Virus record (IMG/VR): IMGVR_UViG_3300018063_000015
Location: 1 to 56,611 of that record
From: a virus
Lineage: Duplodnaviria; Caudoviricetes
Reading direction: 5' to 3' (one strand)
DNA: 56,611 bases
Shown: one piece after another, positions 44,582-54,695 of the stretch
Layout: each line of letters starts with the position of its first letter
How positions within the stretch are numbered: the first letter of the stretch is position 1
Program-made: the position numbers and the translations under genes
The notes under the pieces: model-generated
Told to the model about the DNA's origin: nothing
What the model saw: only the letters and a program-made list of their open reading frames with translations
Databases searched by the model: none

Positions 44582-44798
44582 CCTCGATTATGTGATACCA
44601 AACGTCAGATGTACCATTATCAAAATGGCATACAACATCCATAAATCTATCCCCCATAGCAGGAAGTGGTGTCAAGACCTCTATACGTTCAATCGTATGC
44701 CATTTGTTGCTGCGTGTAAGTTTTACTTTATCTCCAACCTTAATTGACTGTCGATTCATTCCGTCTGTTTCACGACCTATAAGTGCTTGTGCTTTCAT
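44565..44798 (-). CDS. Hypothetical protein (SH3/YopX-like)
   Basis: D.MNRQSIKVGDKVK pattern. Confidence 0.55.
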   Translation of the reverse strand: MKAQALIGRETDGMNRQSIKVGDKVKLTRSNKWHTIERIEVLTPLPAMGDRFMDVVCHFDNGTSDVWYHIIEVAVRD

Positions 44799-45178
44799 TT
44801 TCCTGTAGCCTCGTAATAAAATAAATGAGCCAAGGCATCAACTTCATGGACCATAAACTTAGTTTTCAAACCTTTAAGATGATCGTGTGCTCTTTGTTGC
44901 ATAGGCTTTCTATCTCCTGGCATATGTCTAATACACTTTACTCCAAAGTAGTGTGCAAGTGCACATATAGCTCCCACCAGCTCTACAGTATATAGACCGT
45001 ATTTGTCGATTGTAGTTCCGAAAGGCTTGAACTGTTCCACAACGATTACATCGGCAAATCTTATATTATCAGCCAACCACTGATGCTGGTGTTCCTTGAC
45101 CACGCACGTATGTATATCACCATTGTCATTCTTTGCAGCACCCATCGTAAGTCCAGGGTCGAGGGCTAAAACAACCAT
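44795..45178 (-). CDS. RuvC-like Holliday junction resolvase
   Basis: VLALDPG..G, VIVVEQF, ELVGAI and HEVDAL.H. Confidence 0.8.
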   Translation of the reverse strand: MVVLALDPGLTMGAAKNDNGDIHTCVVKEHQHQWLADNIRFADVIVVEQFKPFGTTIDKYGLYTVELVGAICALAHYFGVKCIRHMPGDRKPMQQRAHDHLKGLKTKFMVHEVDALAHLFYYEATGK

Positions 45179-45645
45179 GATCTGTTTTTCACTATATTAA
45201 ACATGGTACTTTCACTTACATTGTATAGCCTTGATAATGGTAGGACTCCATATTGTCGATGTCCAGCTATATATATGGATCGTATCTTCTTTATTTCTTC
45301 CTTTGAAAATTTGCCTCTTGGGTACCACCATCCTTTATTTGCTATTCTTGCATCTGTGGTGTTCTCTTTAGCTGTTCCTACATACACATGTTGCTCGTCA
45401 ATTCTAACACAATTCTCGGTATTGCATTTATGGTTTAACTGTTTTCCTATTGGAATTGGGCCATAATCTAATTCATAGGCAAGAATATGAGCAGATATCC
45501 ATTTTCTTTTTACATATAGTCTCCCATATCCTTCTCGCATAGAACCATGATATAACCAACATAAATCAGTTTTTGTTACATGCCAATAAAACCTTTCTCT
45601 AAGTAAATTTAACTCTTTAGCAGTTAAATCCAGAGCTAGAATCAT
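45166..45645 (-). CDS. HNH homing endonuclease with a C-terminal HTH
   Basis: CWLY.G....GYG, SAHILAYEL..GPIP, LNHKCNTENCV..H...GT.KEN..D; start moved to ATG 45645. Confidence 0.88.
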   Translation of the reverse strand: MILALDLTAKELNLLRERFYWHVTKTDLCWLYHGSMREGYGRLYVKRKWISAHILAYELDYGPIPIGKQLNHKCNTENCVRIDEQHVYVGTAKENTTDARIANKGWWYPRGKFSKEEIKKIRSIYIAGHRQYGVLPLSRLYNVSESTMFNIVKNRSWLF

Positions 45646-45885
45646 CCAAATAGCCATGAAATATAAAATGCCATAAATATCACAATTCCAATCATGGTTA
45701 ATAAAACACACCCACACCCTTTCATAAATGTAAATTATAAGTAAAAGACAAATTTCTCACTATCCAATCCTCAATTGCTACTGTAATTTCTTTATTCATA
45801 CTTCTTCTATTTTTCTCAGCCAAATCTCTTAGTTGTCTAGCTAGATCGCTAGGCACTCGTAATGCATACCTGTATGTAGATTTAC

Positions 45886-48189
45886 TCACGCTATAAGCTC
45901 CAAATCTCCTTCGGTCGGAGAATGTGCTTCATACCAGTTGCTTCCAACTTTCATGTCTACTTTGATACTAGGAATCCAAGATATCCATTGCGTTTCCATA
46001 ACCTCTCTTGTTAGATCCATCACTTGCTGTAGATATTTCCTATTAACCTCCATCAAAATACTATCATGAATAAGGAGTAAAATATGGCTGTTAAAATTAC
46101 CCAACAAATTATGGATGCGTAAAGCACTAGAAAGTGTATAATCAGACGCCGTGGACTGGATCGGAAAATTGACCGCTTGACGCAATTGTCTATGAGACAT
46201 AACGATAGGAAACCTACGTTTGCGGTCGAACGGCGAAACCAATTCTCCATTAGCCATAACCTCTTTGTCTATTTTCTTCTGCCACTCTATGAACTCTCTA
46301 TTATGCACATCCCATCTAGCACTAAATGCGGCTGCTTCCGCTTTTGTGCATCCTATACCAACACGCTTTTTCGATAGCTTATCTATACCTTCACGATACA
46401 TCTTGCCAAATGTAATCTTCTTAGCATTAATACGTTTATCTTCCCAATCATTATCAGTAGGGCTTGCTCCTAACACATCCATAGCAATTACACTGTGATA
46501 GTTGTTGGCTAAATCGGCAAACATAGTTGGACATTCTGAAAAGGTCGCACCAATCCAAATTTCTATCTGTTGATAATCAGCCTCAAGTAAAACATAATCA
46601 TCATTAGTCGGGACAAAAATTTTACGCACTAAACCAATTGGATGGCCTTTAACTTTATCTCGCGGAATTTGGTGCATAGGTGGATTTTTAAACGACCATC
46701 TACCTGTTCTAGTGCTGTGCAATACTGGTATTGCATGGAGTCGTTTATCATCCTTAATATCATCCCATACACCAGTAATATACGTGCCAATAGCCTTGTT
46801 TAACTCACGATGATCCAATACAAGATCAACAAATTCTATGTCAAAAGTATCTAACACTTCACGATCAACGGAATTACCTGTTTTTGTTTTCTTTACTGGT
46901 TTATATTTCATCAAGTCAAATAGTACGTTTGCTGTTTGTTGATTACTAGCTGGATTATATATACCTTTGAAGCCAACCTCATTTGCTAACTCTTGTAGGC
47001 GTTCCTCCATACGCTTCTTACGTGGCAACCAGTCTACTAGTAGTTCTCCCATTGCTTTAGTATCAACTGCCATTCCATACCACTGTGCTTCTGCTGCCAT
47101 TTTAGCACCTGGAATCATTAACTTATTGTAGACATCATAAACATTATCATCTATTTGCTTTTGTTTTAGGGTGTGATGCAATTCATGAGTAAATACTACA
47201 TCGTATGCACAACGTTTATAGTTAGCTTCGCGTGGTGGAGTTTTATGATGCTTATAGAATTCTCTCGTCTCATCTTTGTACTGTCCAGCTCCACAATATT
47301 CTGCTGATAAACTCTCCAACCTATGTATGCCTGTTTGCTCGTTTAGGGTATAAGATTGGTACATCGTGTCGTGCTTAAAAGTTAAATCAACTCCAATGTA
47401 CTTTCTTAGACCATTACGATCAAACAAGCAAGCGTTATGACCAAGCCATTCTACGTTAGTTGGCCAGTTAAGCTCCATTGCATACTCTACTGGGACGATG
47501 CACGCGGGGCCACGGCCGTCGTAAAGTCCAATGCAAATTAGTCTATCAGTCCAAATGTCAGTTTCATCTTCGTCTGCTGGTTTGTTTGTAGTCTCTATAT
47601 CTAATGAGACCAAACCCTGTAGGCTATCCAACATAGTTTGAGCTTCATCTATAGATCGTGCAACACGCCAATCAATTGGGGGATGCTCTTGCCAATTTAG
47701 TAAAGATGGTATTTTTTGTAAATCACGTACTATTAGTGCTGGTATTCGTTCATTAGTAGTATCGTGCAAGATAGCAGCGGGATGATACGTTGGCATAGTG
47801 ATCCAGTTACCAGTTTTAATTGGCAGGCCCCTTACATCCTTAAGTTGTTTATGTAATAAAGCCTGACATGGAATATCTCCGAGAGTAATCACAAGTTTAG
47901 GTTGAATTTCATCTAACTCACGCTGAAACCTAGGCCAACAAACTTCTATTTCAGAAGCTTCTGGGCTATCGTTCCATTGACAACAGACATTAGTAGCGTA
48001 ACACTTATCACGAGGCCAGTCAACAGCAGCCAAAATATTATCCAATAGTTTACCTGCTGGCCCTGTAAATGGCTTACCAGAAGTATTATATTCGTCCCTG
48101 CCAGGAGCAATACCAACGAAAACAATTCCATTATCAGTATTACCATAACCGCGAACACCTCCAGGACAACATTGTGGGCCTTGATACAT
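45886..48189 (-). CDS. polA: Family A DNA polymerase with an N-terminal uracil-DNA glycosylase domain and 3'-5' exonuclease
   Basis: UDG motifs VFVGIAPG.DE..GKPFTGPAG.LL and YHPAAIL; exonuclease SLDIET; polymerase TRTGRWS, EADYQQIE, R..AK..TFG.MY, NFPIQSTA and IHDS. Confidence 0.93.
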   Translation of the reverse strand: MYQGPQCCPGGVRGYGNTDNGIVFVGIAPGRDEYNTSGKPFTGPAGKLLDNILAAVDWPRDKCYATNVCCQWNDSPEASEIEVCWPRFQRELDEIQPKLVITLGDIPCQALLHKQLKDVRGLPIKTGNWITMPTYHPAAILHDTTNERIPALIVRDLQKIPSLLNWQEHPPIDWRVARSIDEAQTMLDSLQGLVSLDIETTNKPADEDETDIWTDRLICIGLYDGRGPACIVPVEYAMELNWPTNVEWLGHNACLFDRNGLRKYIGVDLTFKHDTMYQSYTLNEQTGIHRLESLSAEYCGAGQYKDETREFYKHHKTPPREANYKRCAYDVVFTHELHHTLKQKQIDDNVYDVYNKLMIPGAKMAAEAQWYGMAVDTKAMGELLVDWLPRKKRMEERLQELANEVGFKGIYNPASNQQTANVLFDLMKYKPVKKTKTGNSVDREVLDTFDIEFVDLVLDHRELNKAIGTYITGVWDDIKDDKRLHAIPVLHSTRTGRWSFKNPPMHQIPRDKVKGHPIGLVRKIFVPTNDDYVLLEADYQQIEIWIGATFSECPTMFADLANNYHSVIAMDVLGASPTDNDWEDKRINAKKITFGKMYREGIDKLSKKRVGIGCTKAEAAAFSARWDVHNREFIEWQKKIDKEVMANGELVSPFDRKRRFPIVMSHRQLRQAVNFPIQSTASDYTLSSALRIHNLLGNFNSHILLLIHDSILMEVNRKYLQQVMDLTREVMETQWISWIPSIKVDMKVGSNWYEAHSPTEGDLELIA

Positions 48190-48450
48190 TAAGCACCACC
48201 GAATTTATGGACTGCTGCTGGTAAATCTAATATCTTATCTGGTGGGGCAACTAGATCTATTTGTGCTTGGTAGTGTCTACTATAGGTACATTCATAATCT
48301 AAATTAGAAAAATCTATTCCAAGTATTTCTTCATCGTAAACCTTACAGGATTCTAGTATTAAATCTCTAGCTTCTTCCACTGTTTCAGCAACAGCCACGC
48401 CTATACCTGACGAATAATCACGCAAGAATTCTTGATCCCATATAAACATT
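48189..48450 (-). CDS. Hypothetical protein, paralog of 13584-13823
   Basis: Track ORF 48189-48515; likely start at MKMFIW; shared VAVAETVEEAR motif. Confidence 0.65.
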
Positions 48451-48451
48451 T

Positions 48452-48694
48452 TCATTTTGCACTTATCATTCGCGATATTGTCATGTGAGACACACCATAC
48501 TTCTTTGCAATCCATCGAGCACTATAATTTCTCTCATGATAATTCAACACTTCCTCAAGTGGAGCTTTATGACGTTTGCAAACACACATCAGTTGTTCGG
48601 CTAGTTCTCTTGCTTCTCTCTTTGTTAAAATTAACACAAGTTCATCATTGCCATCATATATTCTTATCAAATTAGACTGTTGTCGCACTTTCAT
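48452..48694 (-). CDS. HTH DNA-binding protein
   Basis: YSARWIAKKYGVSHMTISRMI. Confidence 0.75.
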   Translation of the reverse strand: MKVRQQSNLIRIYDGNDELVLILTKREARELAEQLMCVCKRHKAPLEEVLNYHERNYSARWIAKKYGVSHMTISRMISAK

Positions 48695-48869
48695 GTAGAC
48701 CGTATATCTCCTTGAAGACCTTTTCTGTTATAAGACCGCGACTAGCTAGATCAGTCACTATTAGATCACGGACATACTGGGCAGTATTACCTTTGTCCAC
48801 TCTACGAACCAAGTCAAAGAATGCTGGTTCTATTCCAATAACAAGCTGCTTTTCTTTTTTCTGAGCCAT
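48672..48869 (-). CDS. RHH/CopG-like DNA-binding protein
   Basis: QLVIGIEPAFFDLVRR...NTAQYVRDLIVTDL. Confidence 0.65.
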   Translation of the reverse strand: MAQKKEKQLVIGIEPAFFDLVRRVDKGNTAQYVRDLIVTDLASRGLITEKVFKEIYGLHESATTV

Positions 48870-48876
48870 TTTCTAT

Positions 48877-51213
48877 CTACTCCTTACTTCCTATCCACCA
48901 TAATCGTCTGTCATCGCTATCTTGCCATCTTACCTCGAACACTGTATTTAGTGCATCCTGCAAAGTGTGTAACTTGCGCGCTAATATAGTCGCGTTTCTA
49001 TACTTCTTCGAGAAACCCATTGGGTCTTGTGAAATTAACTCTAATTCAGACCATATATCTGTTATACTACTCCATTCATTGGTGACTTTGTTGCGTGCCA
49101 TCGCACGATGCAGAGCATCAACTAACAACGCTTCATCTTCTAAAATAAAAGCTTTTTGCTCGTGTCTTATTGAAGTGATGCTAGATCTAAATTGAGCCTC
49201 TATATTCAGGGCACGCGATATCCATAGACCAATTGTTGCAAAGTCTTGAATTCTAAATTGAAGACTATTGTCAACGAATCGCGGAGTCTTTACTATTGTT
49301 AGTATATCATCTATTATTGCTCCCCAGATATAGTTTCTTTTCTCTAGAACTTCACGGTACATAGATGCTTCATCTTTGAACTCAGGAATACGAGTTAAGC
49401 TAAGTATCAATAATCTATCTACTACATCTGCACGTCCGAACTTTGGATCGTGGGCAGTAAGTGCAACCATCGCTTGCCGTTTAACACTGTAAATTTCGTT
49501 GTCGGTATAAAGCTTTCGTCTGTCAATGTCAGTATTATTGACGACTTGAGCGAGTCTATCTGGAAGCCATCCTTCCCAAGTATCCACATTATCAAATACC
49601 ACAAAAGGAAAATTAGATGTTTGCGTATCAAAATCATTAGAACTACTTATACCTCCTATCTTCTTTTCTGTGCCATAAAATACAGCAAATACACGTCTCA
49701 GCATAGCACTCTTACCACTACCTGGCTGGCCAAATATAGCAAGGATTGGGCGTGCTTCGGCTAAATCTCTAAACAGAATGAATAGCAACCACACGCGCAG
49801 GAGAGCTAGTGATTCTTCATAGCTTAAACCTATCACGTCTGATAGTGAATCTCCAAACAGGGCTTGGGCCCAGTTAATATCACTGGCAAGAGGCACGAAA
49901 GGCTCAAACGATAAATGCCAAGGAAAAATCAGTCCATTAGAACCATTTAATACATGACTTATTCCTTTAGCACTTATCTGTAGCACTTGTTTCCTGCCAG
50001 TATGCAAGTAAAGGGTATTGGTTGCTATGTCATAATGAGATAGCGCCCCTATCGTGGCTACTGGTGGCAATGCTGCTGCATAGCTTATTAGTCCACTCAA
50101 TACATAGTGCTGTTCTGGTTCTGTGTAATTAAGGCCAAGAGTGTTTTCTAAGAATGCAGTCAATTCACTACTCTTTGGTGCTATTGGTATTGGCTTACCT
50201 TGATGTACATACCAGCCAACTGTATCTTTTCCACGTGCAAAAGTTCCACTAGCCTTCATGATGGCTATTGATGTATCCTTTATTGCTAACTTCTTTTCTA
50301 CTACACCTAGCTTCATTTGTCTAATGGCGGTTATTGCACTCTTTGGATCATATACTCCAGCACGTTCAGCACGTAGTACGTCTTTAGCTAGCTCTCGACT
50401 TGCGTTGATCTTAAGTGATGCAAACTTGTTGTTTGCACAATTCTTGGCTAAATAATAGACCTCGTATTTATTGAGCCCAGCCCTAAATAATGCACATTCC
50501 AACGCCCATAATGCCGCACTTCTATCCTCTGCAACAACATTGTATTGAGCTACCACCTTGGGTGGTAAGTTATCTCTTACGTTTTCTAGAAACTCTTGTG
50601 GTCCTACTGTAAATTCTTGGTCTGGATAGTATATAAATTCTTCATCACCTATCTCGCCGTTAACTTCTACTTCATTTGTTATAAATCCTAGTTCTAATTC
50701 ACCTCTCGTATATATTTTGTCAGACACGTGAGCTACAGTTACACGCTGCTTGTCACCATATTTACAATTGTTCGTATTTGGTAAACGTACCTTTCTACCA
50801 ACTGCCCAACCGCTATGGTCACATTCTGGAATTCCATATGTTATCTTTTTACTAAGTCTTTCGTGCGCCTCCAAGTCAAGTGATTCACCCAATAACCAAT
50901 ATCCTTGGTGTCTAGCCCTAGAGGTTTGTACCAATATAGATGGACTAAGTTCGAGTGTGAGTATGTCAGCGTTATCAAGATCAGCTTGAATCGTCTTGGA
51001 AGGAAGTGTGTTAGCTTTAAGCGACCTAGGAGAGTCAAAGAGATACGAGCTAAAGTAGCAATCACATTCAACAATTGCTGCCTCATTGATAATTGAGGGA
51101 ACGTCTTTTGGCCACTCATACCATTGTTCCTTCCAATTACCGTCATAGGTTGCTAATACAAAATAGCCTTGTGGGGTCGTTACTACCTTGTTTAGAAAGT
51201 CGATTGTTTCCAT
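48877..51213 (-). CDS. Primase (RepB/AEP-like) - helicase fusion
   Basis: ADLD, VQTS..RHQGYW, RLPNT.N.KY, PriCT-like DRSAALW, P-loop GQPGSGKS and VVFDN. Confidence 0.88.
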   Translation of the reverse strand: METIDFLNKVVTTPQGYFVLATYDGNWKEQWYEWPKDVPSIINEAAIVECDCYFSSYLFDSPRSLKANTLPSKTIQADLDNADILTLELSPSILVQTSRARHQGYWLLGESLDLEAHERLSKKITYGIPECDHSGWAVGRKVRLPNTNNCKYGDKQRVTVAHVSDKIYTRGELELGFITNEVEVNGEIGDEEFIYYPDQEFTVGPQEFLENVRDNLPPKVVAQYNVVAEDRSAALWALECALFRAGLNKYEVYYLAKNCANNKFASLKINASRELAKDVLRAERAGVYDPKSAITAIRQMKLGVVEKKLAIKDTSIAIMKASGTFARGKDTVGWYVHQGKPIPIAPKSSELTAFLENTLGLNYTEPEQHYVLSGLISYAAALPPVATIGALSHYDIATNTLYLHTGRKQVLQISAKGISHVLNGSNGLIFPWHLSFEPFVPLASDINWAQALFGDSLSDVIGLSYEESLALLRVWLLFILFRDLAEARPILAIFGQPGSGKSAMLRRVFAVFYGTEKKIGGISSSNDFDTQTSNFPFVVFDNVDTWEGWLPDRLAQVVNNTDIDRRKLYTDNEIYSVKRQAMVALTAHDPKFGRADVVDRLLILSLTRIPEFKDEASMYREVLEKRNYIWGAIIDDILTIVKTPRFVDNSLQFRIQDFATIGLWISRALNIEAQFRSSITSIRHEQKAFILEDEALLVDALHRAMARNKVTNEWSSITDIWSELELISQDPMGFSKKYRNATILARKLHTLQDALNTVFEVRWQDSDDRRLWWIGSKE

Positions 51214-51515
51214 GATTAGCGCGCATCATAAAGCACCGCAATAATCCCACGCTTCTTTAATTTCATGGCGACTCCAATAATCTAGTGGTCGCTCATCGTA
51301 TCTACGTTCTCTAGTGATCCTACTACTAGCACAAATTGGACAGTATAGTTCATAAATAAAATACCAATATTTATGCATAATCATGCTTATTAATGTTGAA
51401 TTTTAGAAACATTTGGACTATTTCTTTATCTGATTTATTCGGGTCTTTTATTGAAATTCTTACAACTTGCGCTACAGCAAACTGTGATGGTGTAATTAAA
51501 GGCCACTGTGTTCTA

Positions 51516-51770
51516 TTAGACAAGATCAAACTCAAATGGTTCACCTTTACCAGTAGAATCAAATTCACGAATGAAATGTGTTACCTCTAGTGGAAGATGC
51601 CAATTACGCTTTAGGGCTGTAACTAAATAAGCAGTGGTATGTGCTAGTGTAGTATCTAATGCACGAGCTATTGCTAAAGCTACTGGACATTGGCATTCAT
51701 AATCTTTGTTACCAGGCCCACGTGCGTTACGTCCAGCGATAATGTCTTCTTGTGTAACTTGTACTCTCAT
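51516..51770 (-). CDS. Hypothetical protein, third member of the VTxxxI...CPVALA family
   Basis: MRVQVTQEDIIAG...CPVALAIARA...LP.EV..FI..FD....PFEFDL. Confidence 0.8.
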   Translation of the reverse strand: MRVQVTQEDIIAGRNARGPGNKDYECQCPVALAIARALDTTLAHTTAYLVTALKRNWHLPLEVTHFIREFDSTGKGEPFEFDLV

Positions 51771-51964
51771 CCTTTTATAATCCTTGCATCTTTAACTGCG
51801 TGTCTACCAACATGCGAAACTATTGACATCGGATAACTGCTACGCTTGCGTATCTTCTTTGGTGTAGGACCACCCCTAATTGCAGTGTGTGGATCATCCA
51901 TTCCTCTTGTTGAGTTGCTAAAAAATGCACTTAGCAATCCAGCTAAATTCATTCGTTCTCCCAC
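51767..51964 (-). CDS. Hypothetical protein
   Basis: ORF track; coupled to its neighbours. Confidence 0.5.
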   Translation of the reverse strand: MGERMNLAGLLSAFFSNSTRGMDDPHTAIRGGPTPKKIRKRSSYPMSIVSHVGRHAVKDARIIKG

Positions 51965-52254
51965 TTATGCTTATGTGTACATTTACTATTAGGCAATAAA
52001 TCTGCTATTTGATTAAGAAGCACAAAAACGTCTTCTTCAGTAAGGTTCCCCTCTACATCATGTGTTACTGATGTTGCATAACATAGTTGTCCATCGTGAA
52101 GAACTGCTAATTCGTACAATCCTTCTTTACCACCATACGACCATGGATTGCATATAACGCTCGCCCCATAGCTATTAGGAAACTCATGTATGGCTTGTGA
52201 ACCTTCACCCACTGGATGTACACCAGCTTTTATTGGAATCATGCCTTCACGCAT
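51949..52254 (-). CDS. Hypothetical phage protein
   Basis: F.N.YGASVI....SYGG..GLYELAVL...T.DV.G.L motif typical of a recurrent phage family. Confidence 0.75.
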   Translation of the reverse strand: MREGMIPIKAGVHPVGEGSQAIHEFPNSYGASVICNPWSYGGKEGLYELAVLHDGQLCYATSVTHDVEGNLTEEDVFVLLNQIADLLPNSKCTHKHKWENE

Positions 52255-52387
52255 TATATAAGCTTTCCCCTTTTAATTTAACCAGGCCAGTGTGCGCTAC
52301 CTAGTTTGCAAGCGTCTAGTCACCAGGGCCAGAAGGGAGCCCTGTAGCTCACACTCGTTACTGCTTGCTACAGCCTGGTTATCTATC

Positions 52388-52819
52388 TTACCAGCTTCCA
52401 CCTTTCTTGGCTTTACCTGTTGCTGCTACGCTGTCACGTGACCTTACTGCTTTCACATCATCCTGTGTTTCACCTTCATAATCACGATGTCGCACAAGAA
52501 TCCTGCACTTCGTTCCATACAACGGTGGAAACAAGTCGTCGGTGTCCCATGGTCCCTCTAGTACAGTTGGATCGGCACCTAGCTCTACCGCTGCACCCTT
52601 GATGTACGGCAGTGCTTTAGCACTAAGGCTATAGAATCTCCAACACTTGTGGCCGTCCTCGCGTGGGTCTTCGATAGTGAATTCTAGTGTAGCACCAGCT
52701 TCGCCCTTTTTACCAGCACTATCGACTGATTTACAACCAGTTAGTACTGCATCATACCAATCGGGTTCTGCTACTGGCTTAAAACCTGTCGCTACGCCTT
52801 GTGTATTTACAGTAACCAT
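52388..52819 (-). CDS. Single-stranded DNA-binding protein (DUF669-like)
   Basis: OB-like strand pattern, AGAAAGG RBS, and position between the AAA ATPase and primase. Confidence 0.65.
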   Translation of the reverse strand: MVTVNTQGVATGFKPVAEPDWYDAVLTGCKSVDSAGKKGEAGATLEFTIEDPREDGHKCWRFYSLSAKALPYIKGAAVELGADPTVLEGPWDTDDLFPPLYGTKCRILVRHRDYEGETQDDVKAVRSRDSVAATGKAKKGGSW

Positions 52820-52849
52820 GGTTCTTGTTATCCTTTCTTGTTTTACGTC

Positions 52850-52878
52850 AGAGTTAGAGTTAGAGTTAGAGTTAGAGC
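52850..52878. repeat. Hexamer tandem repeat (AGAGTT)x4.8
   Basis: AGAGTTAGAGTTAGAGTTAGAGTTAGAGC in the leader of the SSB-like gene. Confidence 0.9.
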
Positions 52879-53071
52879 TCTGGCCTCACACAAGCAACTA
52901 TATCACCCCCCTTCCGCAAACTTATTATGAAACGCCTGTTCTTGTTCTAATCGCTTTATTCCATCTGGTATATCACGAAGTCTCATGACAAAATCTATAT
53001 TCGATGATTCACCATATTTATATACAAGTCTGTCTGCCATCCAATTTAAGAATTCATAATCTAACATTGTG

Positions 53072-53273
53072 TTACGTAGGCCAAGGCTTACTCCTTTCTA
53101 TCATTTCTGTTCTGTTAAACGTCCAATAATCACGATATTCTGCTGGACAAGCATTACATATCCAAAGTCTTAAGAATCCTACGTCTGGTGAATACTGCAA
53201 GCCTCTCCAATTATCTGTGTCATAGCTGCCACACACTGGACAGCGAGACTCAGCAGGCTTTACTTCGGCCATT
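53072..53273 (-). CDS. Small zinc-ribbon protein
   Basis: MAEVKPAESRCPVCGS...WICNACP; start moved to ATG near 53273. Confidence 0.6.
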
Positions 53274-54066
53274 TTTTGTCTCCCCTTACAACGTCTATCA
53301 CGGTACCCAAGTGTGGGCCATTTGCTATATCTATTACGAAAGTAAGAGGTACAGTGGCAGCAGCGTCTGATGGGCTGCATTGCCACTTGCTGACATGCTT
53401 GTTACTATACTCAAAATGCAAAACTCTAGACTGATCTTTTTCATCGGTCTCAATATAACCTATAAATGGCAAAATTCCTGGTATTTTGTCGTAGAGTGCT
53501 GGATTTGCTTGGATCGTAGCGTAGTAAGGCTTCTTTTTATCGGCCATATCCCACGCCGTGAATATGATGTTTATACCATCACGACGAGATACGTTTCTTA
53601 GGTCACGTATTTTAGCTAAAACATCACGAGTGACTCTATTCCATTGAGGCCATGATACTTGTTCTTCTATATCTAATTTGTCTGTACCAAATACATCACG
53701 AATTTTAATGTCTATCAATTCACTAATGTTATCTACAGTAATTGTATGATAATGACCGCGTGTTTCACCAGCTATTACTGCATCGACTACTACTTCAAAC
53801 TTGTCCCAATCTGCTATTGGTACAAACTCACAATCTGTACGATGTCTGATTGATTGTATATTACCTTCTATATCTAAATAGAGGTTCTTTTGATCATGTG
53901 GTACAAATTCACTATCACATACTGTAGCTGCTAACGTAGTCTTTCCACCACCGCCTCGTGACACAAGTAATAGACAAGTACCTTGGACCTGTGACGCACT
54001 GACTGGAAATACATCAATACCGCCCAATTTACGCACTGACTGAGGGGTTAATACCATCGGTTTCAT
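53260..54066 (-). CDS. AAA_24 / Sak4-like ATPase
   Basis: SRGGGGKTTLA, YLDIEG, ITVDNISE and NIIFTAW. Confidence 0.82.
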   Translation of the reverse strand: MKPMVLTPQSVRKLGGIDVFPVSASQVQGTCLLLVSRGGGGKTTLAATVCDSEFVPHDQKNLYLDIEGNIQSIRHRTDCEFVPIADWDKFEVVVDAVIAGETRGHYHTITVDNISELIDIKIRDVFGTDKLDIEEQVSWPQWNRVTRDVLAKIRDLRNVSRRDGINIIFTAWDMADKKKPYYATIQANPALYDKIPGILPFIGYIETDEKDQSRVLHFEYSNKHVSKWQCSPSDAAATVPLTFVIDIANGPHLGTVIDVVRGDKKWPK

Positions 54067-54302
54067 CGAGTAAATACGTCAGGAATAGGATTAGCTAGCT
54101 CTTTAAGAACTTCTGTCAGAAGGCTACTAAACTCGTCAAATGGCATTTTAACATCAAAACCTTCCACTCTACAATCACACAATGTAATTGCAGCTTCTAA
54201 TGCTACTGGTGTTACTTTGTTGCCATTGCTTGTAGCTTCACTGACCATGATAGCTATTAGCAAGGCTTCTTCTACAGTTTTTGGGCCAGTTTTTATTTTC
54301 AT
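54063..54302 (-). CDS. Hypothetical protein
   Basis: ORF track; coupled to its neighbours. Confidence 0.55.
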   Translation of the reverse strand: MKIKTGPKTVEEALLIAIMVSEATSNGNKVTPVALEAAITLCDCRVEGFDVKMPFDEFSSLLTEVLKELANPIPDVFTR

Positions 54303-54307
54303 TTACT

Positions 54308-54562
54308 TTAATTCCTTGAGAAATTCATCCAGACTTTACTCTCATTTATACTTTCAAACAACTGAACTAACACTTCCTGTTGTTCCTCGTTTGACATAGC
54401 TGCCACTACTTGGTAGTCATCTTTGTTTACTAACCTGTTAAAGAGTAGATAAGCCACTGCGATCTTCTGTACTCCAAAATTGGGAGCTATCTGAAACGCA
54501 GTTATATTCATTTCATCTGACGTATCTGTAGGGTCTAGCCTAAACTTAAATTTAATCACCAT
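54308..54562 (-). CDS. Hypothetical protein
   Basis: ORF track. Confidence 0.55.
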   Translation of the reverse strand: MVIKFKFRLDPTDTSDEMNITAFQIAPNFGVQKIAVAYLLFNRLVNKDDYQVVAAMSNEEQQEVLVQLFESINESKVWMNFSRN

Positions 54563-54695
54563 TTGTGTGGTCTATTGAGCATGAAATCAAATATTCGGGT
54601 TGCTGTTTCTACAGCTGTAAGCAATAATACTGTAAGTACTACCAATGCAATCCATGCACTAACAATCAACAAAGGTACATGATACCATTCAATCA

